Positions 52,301 through 64,000 of a DNA stretch of 64,000 nt are shown here, piece by piece. Position numbers and translations under genes: made by a program. Position 1 is the stretch's first letter. Every line of letters starts with the position of its first letter. The stretch spans positions 89,840,001 to 89,904,000 of the forward strand of contig NC_045697.1 in NCBI RefSeq assembly GCF_009834535.1, in the 5' to 3' direction. The notes beneath the pieces are model-generated. The model worked only from the letters and a program-made list of their open reading frames with translations. It made no database searches and had not been told where the DNA came from. This DNA is from Camelus ferus (Eukaryota).

Positions 52301-54292
52301 GTATTATGTAAGTGTTGCTAAGTACAATGTAAATTGTAAGACTAAATACAGTTTCTACTGTGCTTGCAATTAGCAGTTATTTGCGGTTGTCCATGAGCTC
52401 CTTCACCTGATTATCAGGTTCCAAAGCTCCTCTCTACTCTCAAATTCCATGTCACAAAGTTTCACTGGAGAAAATCTCCAAAATCTAGTGTTTCAGGGCT
52501 CGTTCCGCCCACCATCCTTCTGCATCTGAATTCTGACAGTTTATTTATACTCTTCTGGCATTAATACCCAGGTTTTTATAATAACATGCAATGAATCACA
52601 TGCCCCTTTTTAAGTAACTCTGGCACAAAACTCTATAAATTTGTTAAATATGTATACCATTATAAACAGAGAATGAAACTGTGAAGGCAGCAAGAGATGA
52701 GGATGGAGGAAGGCACCCTACAACTTTGTTTCTGACTTCTAAGTTCTGTCAAAATTATCATTTATCTCATTCAATGTCCCAATTTCTGTTAATATTATCA
52801 GTGCATATGAGCTAGAGACCCTGCTAGTTACCAAGTGTCCTGAAGATAAGCAGGATGCCTTATTTATTGTTAAATCTATCTCAAGTACCTTGTACAACAT
52901 TCCATCACACAAAGATGAGAACGGGAGAGACAGCTAGAGGAACGAGCCCAGGCTGAGAGTGACCCTCAAATAAAGGGACAGGCTGGTAGTTGTGTAGAAT
53001 TCGGTAATGCGTGGGGTAAGGAGGGGAGTAAGACTTTCATGTGATCTGGCCAGGGTTACTGATGATGTCACTGAGGTCAGGAACACAAGTCAGATATGAC
53101 ATTGCTTGAATAGCCCATGGCCCGTTCAAAGTGGCAGGTCCAACAAAGAGTTGGATGTAGATGAAGAAGCCAATGATAGGTAGATAGATTTAAGAGTTCT
53201 CAGCATAAAAGAATCACGTGAATCCAGAAAAAACAGAATGATATCAAGGCCAATCTAAAAGAAAAACATGAGTTATTTCTATATGAACACAAGCTAATAA
53301 AGAAGTGGAATAGTTAGAGAAAGGGCAAGAGAAAGGAAGGCAGATAGAAAAGGAGCAGAGTGCAGAGACCACTGAGGAGAAAAGTGAGCCAGGGCAGCCC
53401 AGGAGAAAAGCTGGAGAGCTGGCAAGGCAGAGGCCACGGTGTCAGAGCTGTGGGGGAGGAGACCTAGCCAGAGACTAGTGCTCCATTGAACAAGAAATGC
53501 CACACACAAAACGTGTTTGTGTTTTTATAGTTTAGAGTGTCTGTAAAACATTTCTCATTACATTAATTTCCAGTGGAAAAAGTAATATACCTTTCAAAAC
53601 ACCAGATTTGTAAATGCCCAGGAAAGTCTAATTTCTGCCATCCTCATAATGTCCTGTAATAAAAGATGAAAAAGGAGGTCTTTACAAGATGTTTGGAAAT
53701 AGAATAAGCAGTGAGGAGAAAATTTCCTTTTCCTTTTAAACAAATTTGAGAATGGGCACACTTCCAACTAATAAAAGAATGTTTACTTCCACCAGGCCTA
53801 TCCAGATGACTGTGGTTGCAGCTCTCGACAAGCTTAGCAAGCAATCCTTTGTCTCAGAAATGTTTCATGTCAATCCGTGCTACTGATAAGATACACAGGA
53901 AGACAGGCAAGCAGATAAGCTCACAAGACTCAAAAATATGACTAAGCATGGGTATGCGTCCCATATGCATTTTTATCCCAAGAAGAGCCATTTCTACTTA
54001 TGAGAAGTAAATCTATCAAAAGAAGCCTGATTAGTGTCAGTGATTAATCCACAAATAAGAATTAGGTATGCCGTAAAAGCAAAGGGCCAGGCTTACTTCT
54101 CATTCTTCACCACATACATCACAAGTCTTCCACTGTATCAGTTAGCATCAGCCATGAATTTAGGAAATGAAAAGAGAGATATGATTGAGTAAGCACAAAC
54201 GATTGAGTAAGCATGCCTTCCGAGCTGCAGTCCAACATATTTTGTTAATTAAAAACTTGATACCCATGTATATTGACTGTACTGTTAGGACT

Positions 54293-54433
54293 GCGTGGTG
54301 GAGTGTAAATGACATGGGACTAGAACTCAAGCCATCCAGGTTTGCAGCCTGCTTTGGCTCTAACTCTGTGGGTAACCCTGAGCTAAATCCTCTGTGTACA
54401 CAGTGTTTTTAATGGTAAAGTGAGAAGAATACA
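54293..54433 (+). mobile_element. MIR SINE fragment
   Basis: gtggagtgtaaatgacatgggactagaactca...gggtaaccctgagc...ctctgtgtacacagt...gtaaagtgagaagaatac. Confidence 0.5.
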
Positions 54434-54464
54434 CTCATTCATTTTTCTTCTTTAAAAAAAATAC

Positions 54465-54625
54465 CAGCATTTTTTTTAAGGAAATCTTATATGGAGCCCT
54501 AATTACTAAAACAGAGACTCTGCACTGTTCAGCTTGAGAGGAGGAAGCCCAAGAACTAGCCTTCCTCTCCCTCTTCTTCTCCGAAAGCTCCTCTGCAGAA
54601 TGCAAGGCTTCCTCAGAAAGCGATT
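54465..54625. mobile_element. Degraded hAT-Charlie MITE (MER117-like)
   Basis: gaaatcttatatggagccctaa...aaaacaga...gcactgttcagcttgag. Confidence 0.35.
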
Positions 54626-55939
54626 CTTACATTGGCTCATTGATTCAAGAAATCCTTATGAGCAAACTATTTATTAATCACAGGGAATATACTGATAGTG
54701 AGAATATTCACATTGACCTTAAACAGCACTGGGTTATATGATCTCTAAATTCTAACTGGCTGCTGGCTTCTCAACACTACTCAGGTAGCAAAACGGTCAG
54801 AGGCTGGTGCGTGTGACAGGCTCTAAGCCTTGGTGTGTTCTTCTTTCTTCTTCAATGTGGTAAAATTGCTCTATAGACAAGTAAGCATGGATTCTATGAA
54901 CTTTAATTATAAAGCTTATCTCATCTCAGCTAATTCTACGGTATTGCCCATATAATTGTAACTGTTAAAATTCCATTGATTAAATTGGCACTTAGAACCA
55001 GTATGCAATTAGCATTTTTAAGATGCAAGTTTTTCAGTTCCTCTGTAACATTTTCCAAATTTTGAGAACCCAGTTCCATATTTCCATCCCCAGGTAGTGA
55101 GACTGCTGTTACTGTTCCCCAGCTAAGCCTGCCTTTTTGGAAGTCTTCAAGTTTCCTAACCCTGCTTCTAGCATATAGAATATATGTGTTCTGATTCCTG
55201 TTTCCTCTCAACACTATCATCTCTCGGACAACAGTCAACCAGGCGGACAGACTTATCCAGTTTAATGAATTCATATATAACTCTTCCAGGAGAATATGAG
55301 AGCATTTTAAAATGATCTTCAAGAGTCAGATCCAACTCAAAGAGGAGACTAAGAAATGAAAATTCAAGAAACCTTGAAAATCCAAGGGCACACGTACTTT
55401 TGGCCATCAACAACTTTGGGAACTCCTTCACATTTTGTCACGTATTTAATCACTGTTTCTCTCTAAGATTTTTCCCATCCTTGGGGCTTGACAATGTTTA
55501 TAATAATAAGAATTTTTTTCTTGGTAATTTTGTAAGGGAATTTGACCCCTATAACAGGTTTTCCTATTTTCTTGATACTTCAAAATATATAGAATCTGAA
55601 TTGTTCTCCTTAAGTGGACTTTTATATGTCTATAATTCTATATTAACTTCTTCATGACAACTTACCATTAACTGGGTTTGCCTAATTGCTACTTATATTA
55701 AATAAGAGAGGAATCAATTAAGAAAAGAAGAAGATACTAATTCCATCTCTAACCAGTCATAAAACATTTCTGGTGAAGTCAACCAGGAATTTTAAGTGAT
55801 CTTCATTATCACATACTATACAATTTACAGGATAAAACAAAATCAGGCATACTGATGTCTAACTATTGCAAACCTGTAGACTTCCCAAGAATGATTCAGA
55901 GCTACTAAATATTAATCACATGTTTTAAGTTCCTTGATG

Positions 55940-56495
55940 GCTGCATTGCACTAGGATTTCCAATCTCATTTCCATGCAGCTCTTTGCCATATGCTCAAAT
56001 GTGACCATCTTATTCTCCTACTTAAAACTCATTGACACTTGTTCTGAGAATCTTCATGATCTAGACCCTTCCTATTTCTCCAGCGATTTCACTTTCTATG
56101 CCTGCCTTCTGCTTCCTCTAGCCATTCCCTCTCTCATTTCTTGGCCCTCAAACATGCTGCCCCTTCTGCTCTGCTTTGCCTCCTCACCTTCTCATCACCC
56201 ACTGACTTTGTCTGTTAAGGACGATTCAACCTCACAGGTCTCAGTAGATAGCCCTTGCTCAAGAAAGTCTTCTGTGCCTCAAGTGGTTTAGATGCCTCTT
56301 CCAGTACCTTCTGCTTGCCCTGTCAGCAGTTTTCATAGACTATCACGATTGCTTATTTATCTGTCTGTAATCTCCCCTATGGTATAAGTAACTTGAAAGC
56401 AAGACCACATTTTAAAAGGACACTCTGGATCTCAGCACTGAGTGTCATGACTTGGCATGCACTGGGGAATCAAAAACAAATGTGGAATCAATGGG
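55940..56495 (+). mobile_element. LINE-2 3' fragment
   Basis: tgaccatcttattctcctacttaaaac, cttcatgatctagaccct, cctcaaacatgc, caggtctcag, cttgaaagcaagacca, gacttggcatgc. Confidence 0.75.
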
Positions 56496-56562
56496 ACAAA
56501 CTACATTCTACTTATCTGTTTATCTTTTATCTATGTACTTATCTGAATTTTAGCCATTTTCA

Positions 56563-56728
56563 AGTATGTATATATATATATGTATATGCCCACATATACA
56601 TATACAAACATATGCATAGACATATACACATAAATATGTACAAAGAGATATACATAATGGTATATGCATTTATCCATATATATGTGGGTATATATACACA
56701 TACACATGCATATACAATCAATGTGTGC

Positions 56729-56780
<52 letters not shown>

Positions 56781-56787
56781 GTATATA
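56563..56787. repeat. Compound TA/CA/TG low-complexity tract ending in (TG)n(TA)n
   Basis: Read directly; near-perfect alternating purine-pyrimidine run at ~56721-56787. Confidence 0.92.
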
Positions 56788-58254
56788 AGAAAAGTCACCT
56801 TCTTACTCTAGGTTTTGCAAAAGTTTCAATTTATTTTGCGTGTAGCTCTTGACTTTTTGTTCTATAACACATTATAACCAAAGCAAAATGAAACTATAAA
56901 ACAGTCTTGGATATATTTTTATAGGGGAAAAGTCTTAATTAAAAAACACAACTTGCCTCAAAGAATGGAAATACAATTTTGTTAACATTTGTCCCCTGTG
57001 ATGTATTTTAAATTAAAAATTAGTTTGCACGCATTCATTTAAAAATGGTTAGGTCATCCTAAACTAGGAAAGAGATGGCACAGAAATGTCTAAAGGGCAG
57101 AGAAGAAAATGAACCGAGGCTGCCCAAAGTGCCTTAGTTTGGAGCTCTTCAGGAAGAAGCTGAAGAACAAGGCACTGCCTGCAAAGCAGGCCGAGTGAAG
57201 GTTTCCATCATATTACGTTGCTTCTGTGTGTAGATCACTAGATCAGAAGAGAGCCAGCTTTGGAAATTACTCATCAATGCCAAAAGAGCACTGTTCCAAA
57301 ATTAATAAAAAATTGCTTTAATATTTCTCCCTCCCGTAAATTTACATTCACCCCGTAGGTTTGGACCTATTTTTTGAAATACTTCTGCAAAGGAAAGTTA
57401 CCAACCCCAGGAACTGTTTGTGAGAGTTATTAGAAGTGCCAATTGAAACAGGAATGCAATAACATTGCATTATCTGTCAAGTTCTAAAGCTTATTCAGGT
57501 GCTCATTTAAACCCTTAGGACCTATAGGAAAATGAACATGGGATGACTTTTCATTCAGGCTGCAATAACATTTCAGTAGTGAAACTCCATAGTGGTCTAC
57601 CAGACACCAAAAATAAAGTTTCAGCAGTAAAACAAGTGTCAACAAACCTCCTGCTTCTGTGCAGAAACAGCAGCTACTAATAAGGTAACATCAGTACATT
57701 ATAAATAATCCCTGAGACAGTCTCAAAAGGGGTCTACAGTATCACACACGTGCAGCACCAACAGAATAAAGGCACCTTCGAGGCCATCCAGAAATGGCAA
57801 AACAGAGAAGTTTATAGCACAGGTTGTCTGAAATATGCCTGTCAGCTCCAAGTGCCAACATCCACACTTCAGAGGAAATCACCAAGACCTTTCATTATTT
57901 GATGGAACAAGCAGACAACAGGAATGTCTCAGTGTCAGAGCTTTTAGTAAAAGAAATTAATATTCATCAACACATCTTAATTCAGTCGACAGTTTAAAAG
58001 TTGGAATGAAGCATGTCATTCAGGCTAGGAGGTCCCTGGTCCAAGTTAAACAAACTCAAGGAGAATGTCTGGTTATAAGCGTCCTTGTTCTCTACCTTAA
58101 TAGGACTGTGCTTTCAACATTAGAAATACCCAGGTGCTAAATTAACCTTGTTATTTTATTCTGAATGACTAAGTTAACAGGTAAATTTATCAGATTAGAA
58201 AAAGATGATGTCAATAATTAATGGCAAAAATATATAAATGATCATACTATTTAT

Positions 58255-58345
58255 ATATTTGTTTGCCCCACTAGACTTTGAGTTACTTAGCTGTATATCC
58301 TGTGTCTAGTAAGATATTTGTCTCACATATAGCATGCATTCAGCT
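58255..58345 (+). mobile_element. LINE-2 3' tail fragment
   Basis: ccccactagactttgag...ctgtatatcctgtgtctag...gtttggtgaataaat. Confidence 0.55.
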
Positions 58346-60131
58346 AACGTTTGGTGAATAAATAGAGGTTTGACAAACACATTTATAAAGCTTATCATCA
58401 GAATAGCTAATAATACAATAGACTGCCAAAAAGAAACTTCATCAACTAACAAAAAAGTAAGAAAATAAGACCATCAATTTGTTGAGCAATAACAAAGGTA
58501 AAGACTTTCCTTAATAAAAATTAGTATACAATGATGTCAGCGTATCAGCAAAAACTGCAGAATAGGAATTGAAAATTCTGCCTCTCCATAAGGTAATTTT
58601 TTTTAATGGGCAAAAATTGTCAGGATCAACTTTTCCAGAACACAAACCAAAGCAATTCAGGGGACACTTAAAAAAAAAAAAAAAGAGAGAGAAAAGAAAA
58701 GAAAGAAAAGAAAGGTGCCTGGATATATTTATTTTCCCCTTGGTCAGCGCCAATGGGCTTCAGGTCTCTACATCCCCACTTGGTCACATTAATTAATTAA
58801 TTAGTTAATTAATTCAATTGAGATAGATGCATCTGTCTTGGAACCATTCTTTTGCCATTTTCGAGTACACTTGGCAATATCCTTGTACACTATATTCATC
58901 TAAAGTAGCATGTGCTCTGGGAGCTGGGACATTTCACTGGGCATATATAATATTCTTCACGCCTACTCAGCTAAATACAGCACAGAATTACAGAATCAGG
59001 CAAAGATTTCAGGCTAACAGAAATTTCCATTATTAGTCACATCATTTAAAAGCTTTCAAATTATCAGCTTGTATACTTCTACCTGTGTTCTGCTTTTTTC
59101 CATCCTCCCAGCAGCAGACATCCTGGCAGGTAAGATGAAACAGAAGTATGGAAAATTGGACAATGAAAGTTGGAAAAAATCTTAAGAGAAATCAATCATA
59201 TTTTGTTCTCAAATCCTTTTTTTCTGCTCTTCCCACTAACCCTCCAGGCCCACTAGACTTTAAAGTTACACAAGCAGAAGTTTCTTCTTCTGGAAGAGAA
59301 GACTGGTTTCTTGGTTTATCTTTTTTTGATAATATACTTTGTTGAAATCATGGAAAGTAAATAAAGGATAAATATTTGAATAAAAATATCCAGAATTACT
59401 TTCAATAGTAAATGAAGAGAACAGATGGAGTAAAGATGTATTACAACCTAAAAGAAAGCAAAATGAAGAACATATTCTATTTATAATATTCAGAAGTTAT
59501 TCTGATTCCTAGTAAACAAGTAGTTTAAAAAATAATATTCTCTACTGTATTCTTAGTGACTGGATAAAAATCTGAACAAGTGCTCAGAGTTATTTTCTTA
59601 AAGCTTTAATTCCAATAGTCAGTGATAAAAGCAACAATAATTGAGGAAAATTCAAACACACATAGCATCAATTTTTGAAATAAATCTTTCAGTCTTCACT
59701 AAATTCTTTTAAAACATCATTTGTTTTAAAACATCTGATGAATGCAGTCAAGTATCCTATAGATTTCAAATGAATTATGCATATTGGATAAATTGAAATG
59801 GCAAAATTAGGTCCAGTGTGCTATTTTTTCTCTCAAAATGTGACTATAAATTGTTGTGATAGTGTAATGATTTAATTATTAATTAACATACTGAAGCTCG
59901 CCAAGTTGTCTGTTGTTCAGAATTACTTGCTGCCTGATTTGGTCTCCCCTGAATCACAGGTCTGTACCCCCTGGATACACATTTATTAGGCAGCCCTTGC
60001 TGGAAGAGCACTGACTTACGTTCAGCTTGTGAGGAGAAAGTAAGATTTTGAAAGTGGAATGAAAGCCAAAGCTATTCCTTCCTCATTTTCTGCCTGCAGT
60101 AGAGCTGGCATTCAGCACATCTGGGGCTGTT

Positions 60132-60431
60132 CAGTATCTCAAAATATGACTGTATTGGAAGATGAAGTCTCCAAAGAAGTAATTAATTGAGGTCATTCAG
60201 GTGGACTTATAAGAAGTGGAGGTTTGGCCACTGACACACAGAAAGGGAAGACCATGTCAAAGGTGAAGGAGGCAGCCACCTACAAACAAGGAGAGAAACC
60301 TCAGAAGACACCTACCCTGACAACATCTAGATCTGGACTTCTAGTCTCCAGAACTGTGAGAGAACAATTTCTGTTGTTTAAGCCCCGAAGTGAATGGTAC
60401 TTTGTGATGATGACCCTAGCAAATGAAGTCA
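60132..60431 (+). mobile_element. MaLR LTR (MLT1B-like), 5' end missing
   Basis: ctcaaaatatgactgtattggaagat...agggaagaccatgt...tctggacttctagtctccagaactgtgagagaacaatttctgttgtttaagcc...accctagcaaa. Confidence 0.88.
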
Positions 60432-61229
60432 GTCATCAGCTGAATAACACTATTTTGATTATGAAAATGTGTGTGACTGTAACATGCTAACCTTCATTCT
60501 TAAAAGAGTCTCATAAAGTTTCTCTAAGGATAATTCTATAGGTATGTAATAAGGAATGATCATAATTATATTGTAAATCTCCCGAGATGGACTAGTTTAG
60601 CAGAAATAACACTCATTTATATGCCATTATACCAAATGTATTTTTAACATCCTACTATATCACTGTAAGTTTGTATGAAGAATATATTCATGTAGACAAG
60701 GTTTACACATATATATGTATAATATAAATGACTATGTCAACATTCATGAAATACAGGGACAAGAAATAAACCAACATTTTAAAATTAGCTTATCACATTA
60801 GGAAACTGGAGAAGAGAAGGGACAGAAGCCAAACTAAGAGGTGCTCCATGATTGCAAAAATGTAATGTGAAGGATCATAGCTAACTTTGTTCTTTATTTC
60901 ATGATGCAAAAACATGTACAATGCTGTCCTCCAATATATCATTGGTACTACACTAAAGACAGACTGTCGAAAATGCAGTGTTCTAACTATGCCTGTACTG
61001 GTAAAGAAAAAGCAGAGAATTTGATCTTCCTAATGTATGGGATTCTGTCAGCACTGTGATTCCTGAGCTTTGAATATATCCTCAAGAAAGACAGATAATC
61101 CATGAAATCCATCAACTAGGAAAGAGTGAAAAAGAACCGTAACAGTTTGGCACAACTCAAAATCAGTCTAAATGTTGCTGGTAGATTTCTTATTCACAAA
61201 TAATAGTTGGCCCTCCCCTTGTGACTACA

Positions 61230-61720
61230 ATTAAAATATTAGTTTTTGAATCAGTGTTTTATGATTCTTTTCATGATTCGAAAAGAAAGTATAAGATGGT
61301 ATGTAAAGCCTCTCTTCTGTCCTTGTACCACAGGACCTTTGTTCCCACGTCCATGGGAAGTCACTAGGCTGAGTTGCGGGTTCTCCTTCCATAGCTTTTC
61401 TATACATAAATGAACAGATCCACATATAGAATGCTTAGTATACATAGGGAGCATGGTATAAACATTGTAAGATAGATAGTTCTCAGTACATAATAATCTC
61501 CCTTTTTCTAGTTGTATCTCACATTTACCATAACATATTTAATCAATGAATTTCTGCTGGACAGTTGTACATTTTCTAATATTTTTCTATTATCAATAAA
61601 GTTTCAATGAATAACTTTTTATAATTGTCATTTTTCAGAGTAGATAAGAATATCTGTAGATTAAATTCCAAAAGATAAAATTTCTGACTATATAAATACA
61701 TGTCTCATTTTGTTTTCAAA
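61230..61720 (-). mobile_element. Old L1 (L1ME-like) 3' fragment
   Basis: tttttctattatcaataaagtttcaatgaataac...atatctgtagattaaattcc. Confidence 0.55.
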
Positions 61721-63299
61721 CACAGGGAACTCCTGTAACAGCATAATTGGGTTCAAAAATTAAGCTATATAAAATACAGTGTTGTGTTTTTAGAAGTTAA
61801 TGAAAACCAGTATTTTTAATTCACTCGTTCAGTTAGCAAATATAAACGAAAGCAAGAAAAAAGTGTTTCCGTGTAATTGTTTTATACATGTGGGAAACAA
61901 AATAATTACTACAAAAATCATGCACGTACATTGCAATGTAACAGACCCACATGACCAACAGACTTTCCATTCTTAACCTCACCCTATTCCTCGTGCAGAT
62001 GATAAGAGCATTTAATCCACTCCCACCTGAAAACAGAGCCAATGGTCAATAGCATTATGTCTCATGCCACATAATGTCCAGTTGTTATAGGAGGTAGGTT
62101 ATTTGATTGTCAAACTGACATTTGTTGGGTTGTACAATCAGCCATATCTGAGAGTATATATTACCCTAGTTTTGCTAACTGAGTTGCAACTACATTTTAG
62201 CACACTCTATTGTACCAAAGAGAAGAACAGAGAATTTGCTGAATTTATTTGTACCTAAGTTTTAATGTAGCAGGTCTTCCTAGAGGTACACACTGAGTAG
62301 CCTTTATTTTAGATCATTGTTGGCCTACACTGCAACTCTCCTCCTTCCCTTTGTAAAGCACTACTTGATGAAGTAACTCTGTGACCTTATACCTCACCAG
62401 ATATAAGAAATTCCAGTGAGAACAGTTTATATCTCGGCTCCAATGCAGTTAATCTTAAAGTCCCTCAAGTCTTAGGTGTTAGTGATGGCAAAGCCCTGCA
62501 TTAGGTCATCCAGACCATCTCTTGGCAAGGTTCATTTCTGCAGTATTTGATGTTTGCTTTTCTCTACTTGGTCCAGTCCTATTCACTGACTTCAACTTTT
62601 TACAATTTAAAAGGTACACTGGGGAAATCCCCAAATTTTCTTCTCAAAGCAAATCAGCAGATTATAAAAACTAGAAAAATGTAAGAACTCTAGATTTTAA
62701 ATCTCCAGAGATGACAATGTTCTAAGGGAAGAAGAATGCTTATATCTATTTCTCCTAGAAACTTCAATCTGATGTGTTCAACCAATGAATATTTTTGGTA
62801 ATAATTGTAATACTAGTTCCTTGTTACATTTATTAATTAATATCAGTATTCTGAGAATAACTATGCTAAAAAACCTATTTGAAATGGCCTGTGTGATATC
62901 ACATGGAGAAATGGTCAACACAGCTATCTAGACATGGAACAATGAGACCACAGTTACTGCATTTAAGGCAGAGCCCTGCGCTGCCCAAATAGTGGGGACA
63001 CAACAGCAGTAACACTCTCGGGGATCACAAACCTACCGTTAAGTGACTGCTGTAAAAGAAGTAGACTGGATAGGAACTGACTTGGAATCTCTGAGAAAGC
63101 TACAAATCCTGACCACCCAGTTTTTCACTAATGCTGATATTATACAAAAGGCACATATAAATTGTCAGAACTCAGAGACCGTACATTTATATCTGTAGAC
63201 CAGCAACAATGAAAGCAGCTTAATTTCTCATCCTAAGTTAATGATCTCATTTAATCATTTAGGACTAGATACGTGAAAAAACATACATAATATTACTTT

Positions 63300-63490
63300 A
63301 AGATTTCTGCTTCTGATAATGGCCGAGTGGTGTGTTGCAGACTAATCCTCTGCCAAAAGTAACTAGAAAGGCTGAAAAATATGTTAAATCGGGTTGGAAG
63401 TATTGGATCACTACTAATGTAGAAGAAATTTGAGGAGCCAGGATTGTAAGAAAAAAAAGGAAAGCTCAGACAAGTGAGGCTGACATTATG
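63300..63490 (+). mobile_element. Possible old L1 5' end fragment
   Basis: ttctgcttctgataatggccgagt...cagactaatcctctgcc...taactagaaaggctgaaaaatat resembles old L1M 5' starts. Confidence 0.45.
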
Positions 63491-63507
63491 GGCCAGTCTA
63501 AACAGTT

Positions 63508-63720
63508 TTCATATGCCCCTTGGTAAAAATACATATGCATTTCTCTAGAGTTTATACCTAGAATTAGAATGATGTGTCACAGAGTATTTATATCTTCCTT
63601 TTGGTAAATAGTGCCAAAGTTTTCAAAAATGGTTGAATAAATTTACACTCTCACCAGCAATGAAGAGAGCTCTGTTTGCTCTATATTCAGCTAACCCTGG
63701 CATTTAGAAATTTTTATTTA
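63508..63720 (-). mobile_element. Old L1 ORF2 3' segment, antisense
   Basis: catttctctagagtttatacctagaattagaat...aaaatggttgaataaatttacactctcaccagcaatgaagagag. Confidence 0.8.
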
Positions 63721-64000
63721 TCAAGACACAATTCAGAGAATAAAAAAAGCCAAACCAAAGAATAGAAGATAGTTGCAATGTGTATATGTGACAAAAGACT
63801 CACATCCAGAATATATAAGGATTCCTACAAATCAATAAGAAAAAAAGACAATAGAAAAGTGTACAAAAGACCTGAATAGTCCTTTTACAAAATGGAATAT
63901 CCAAATTGATCTGTTACATATTAAAATATGCTAATATTAAAATATATTAAAACATTACCCATCAGAGATATGCACATTAAATGCACAGCAAGATACTTTC
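63721..64000 (+). mobile_element. Old L1 ORF2 segment, sense, running off the window
   Basis: tgacaaaagactcacatccagaatatataagga...ctacaaatcaataagaaaaa...caaaagacctgaatag...catcagagatatgcacattaaa. Confidence 0.8.

Noticed and set aside
56393..56852. Tyr/Ile/His-rich ORFs
   Set aside because: Translation of TA/CA/TG low-complexity repeats

Overview
AT-rich, CpG-depleted mammalian (eutherian) non-coding DNA, either intergenic or deep intronic. I found no supportable protein-coding gene, RNA gene, CpG island or prokaryote-type system. The ORFs with recognisable homology are decayed LINE-1 pieces; the rest look like chance ORFs. The window is a mosaic of interspersed repeats (old and young L1, L2, MIR, MLT1/MaLR, ERVL LTR52/LTR33/LTR16, an ERV1-type solo LTR, MER2/MER5A DNA transposons) separated by unique blocks. 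The young L1 3' tails look cetartiodactyl, and no lineage-specific SINE was seen, so a camelid is a tentative guess. The most notable items are: a CpG-retaining, MER129-like ancient repeat at ~39.97-40.38 kb (candidate exapted regulatory element); an old L1 carrying three TSD-flanked nested insertions, one with a possible short 3' transduction; an L1 whose 5'UTR is fused directly to ORF2; and a twin-priming-type L1 inversion at the right edge. Repeat family names come from my recollection of consensus sequences, not from a database search. Boundaries are approximate unless a TSD is quoted. I did not find a convincing novel biological system.
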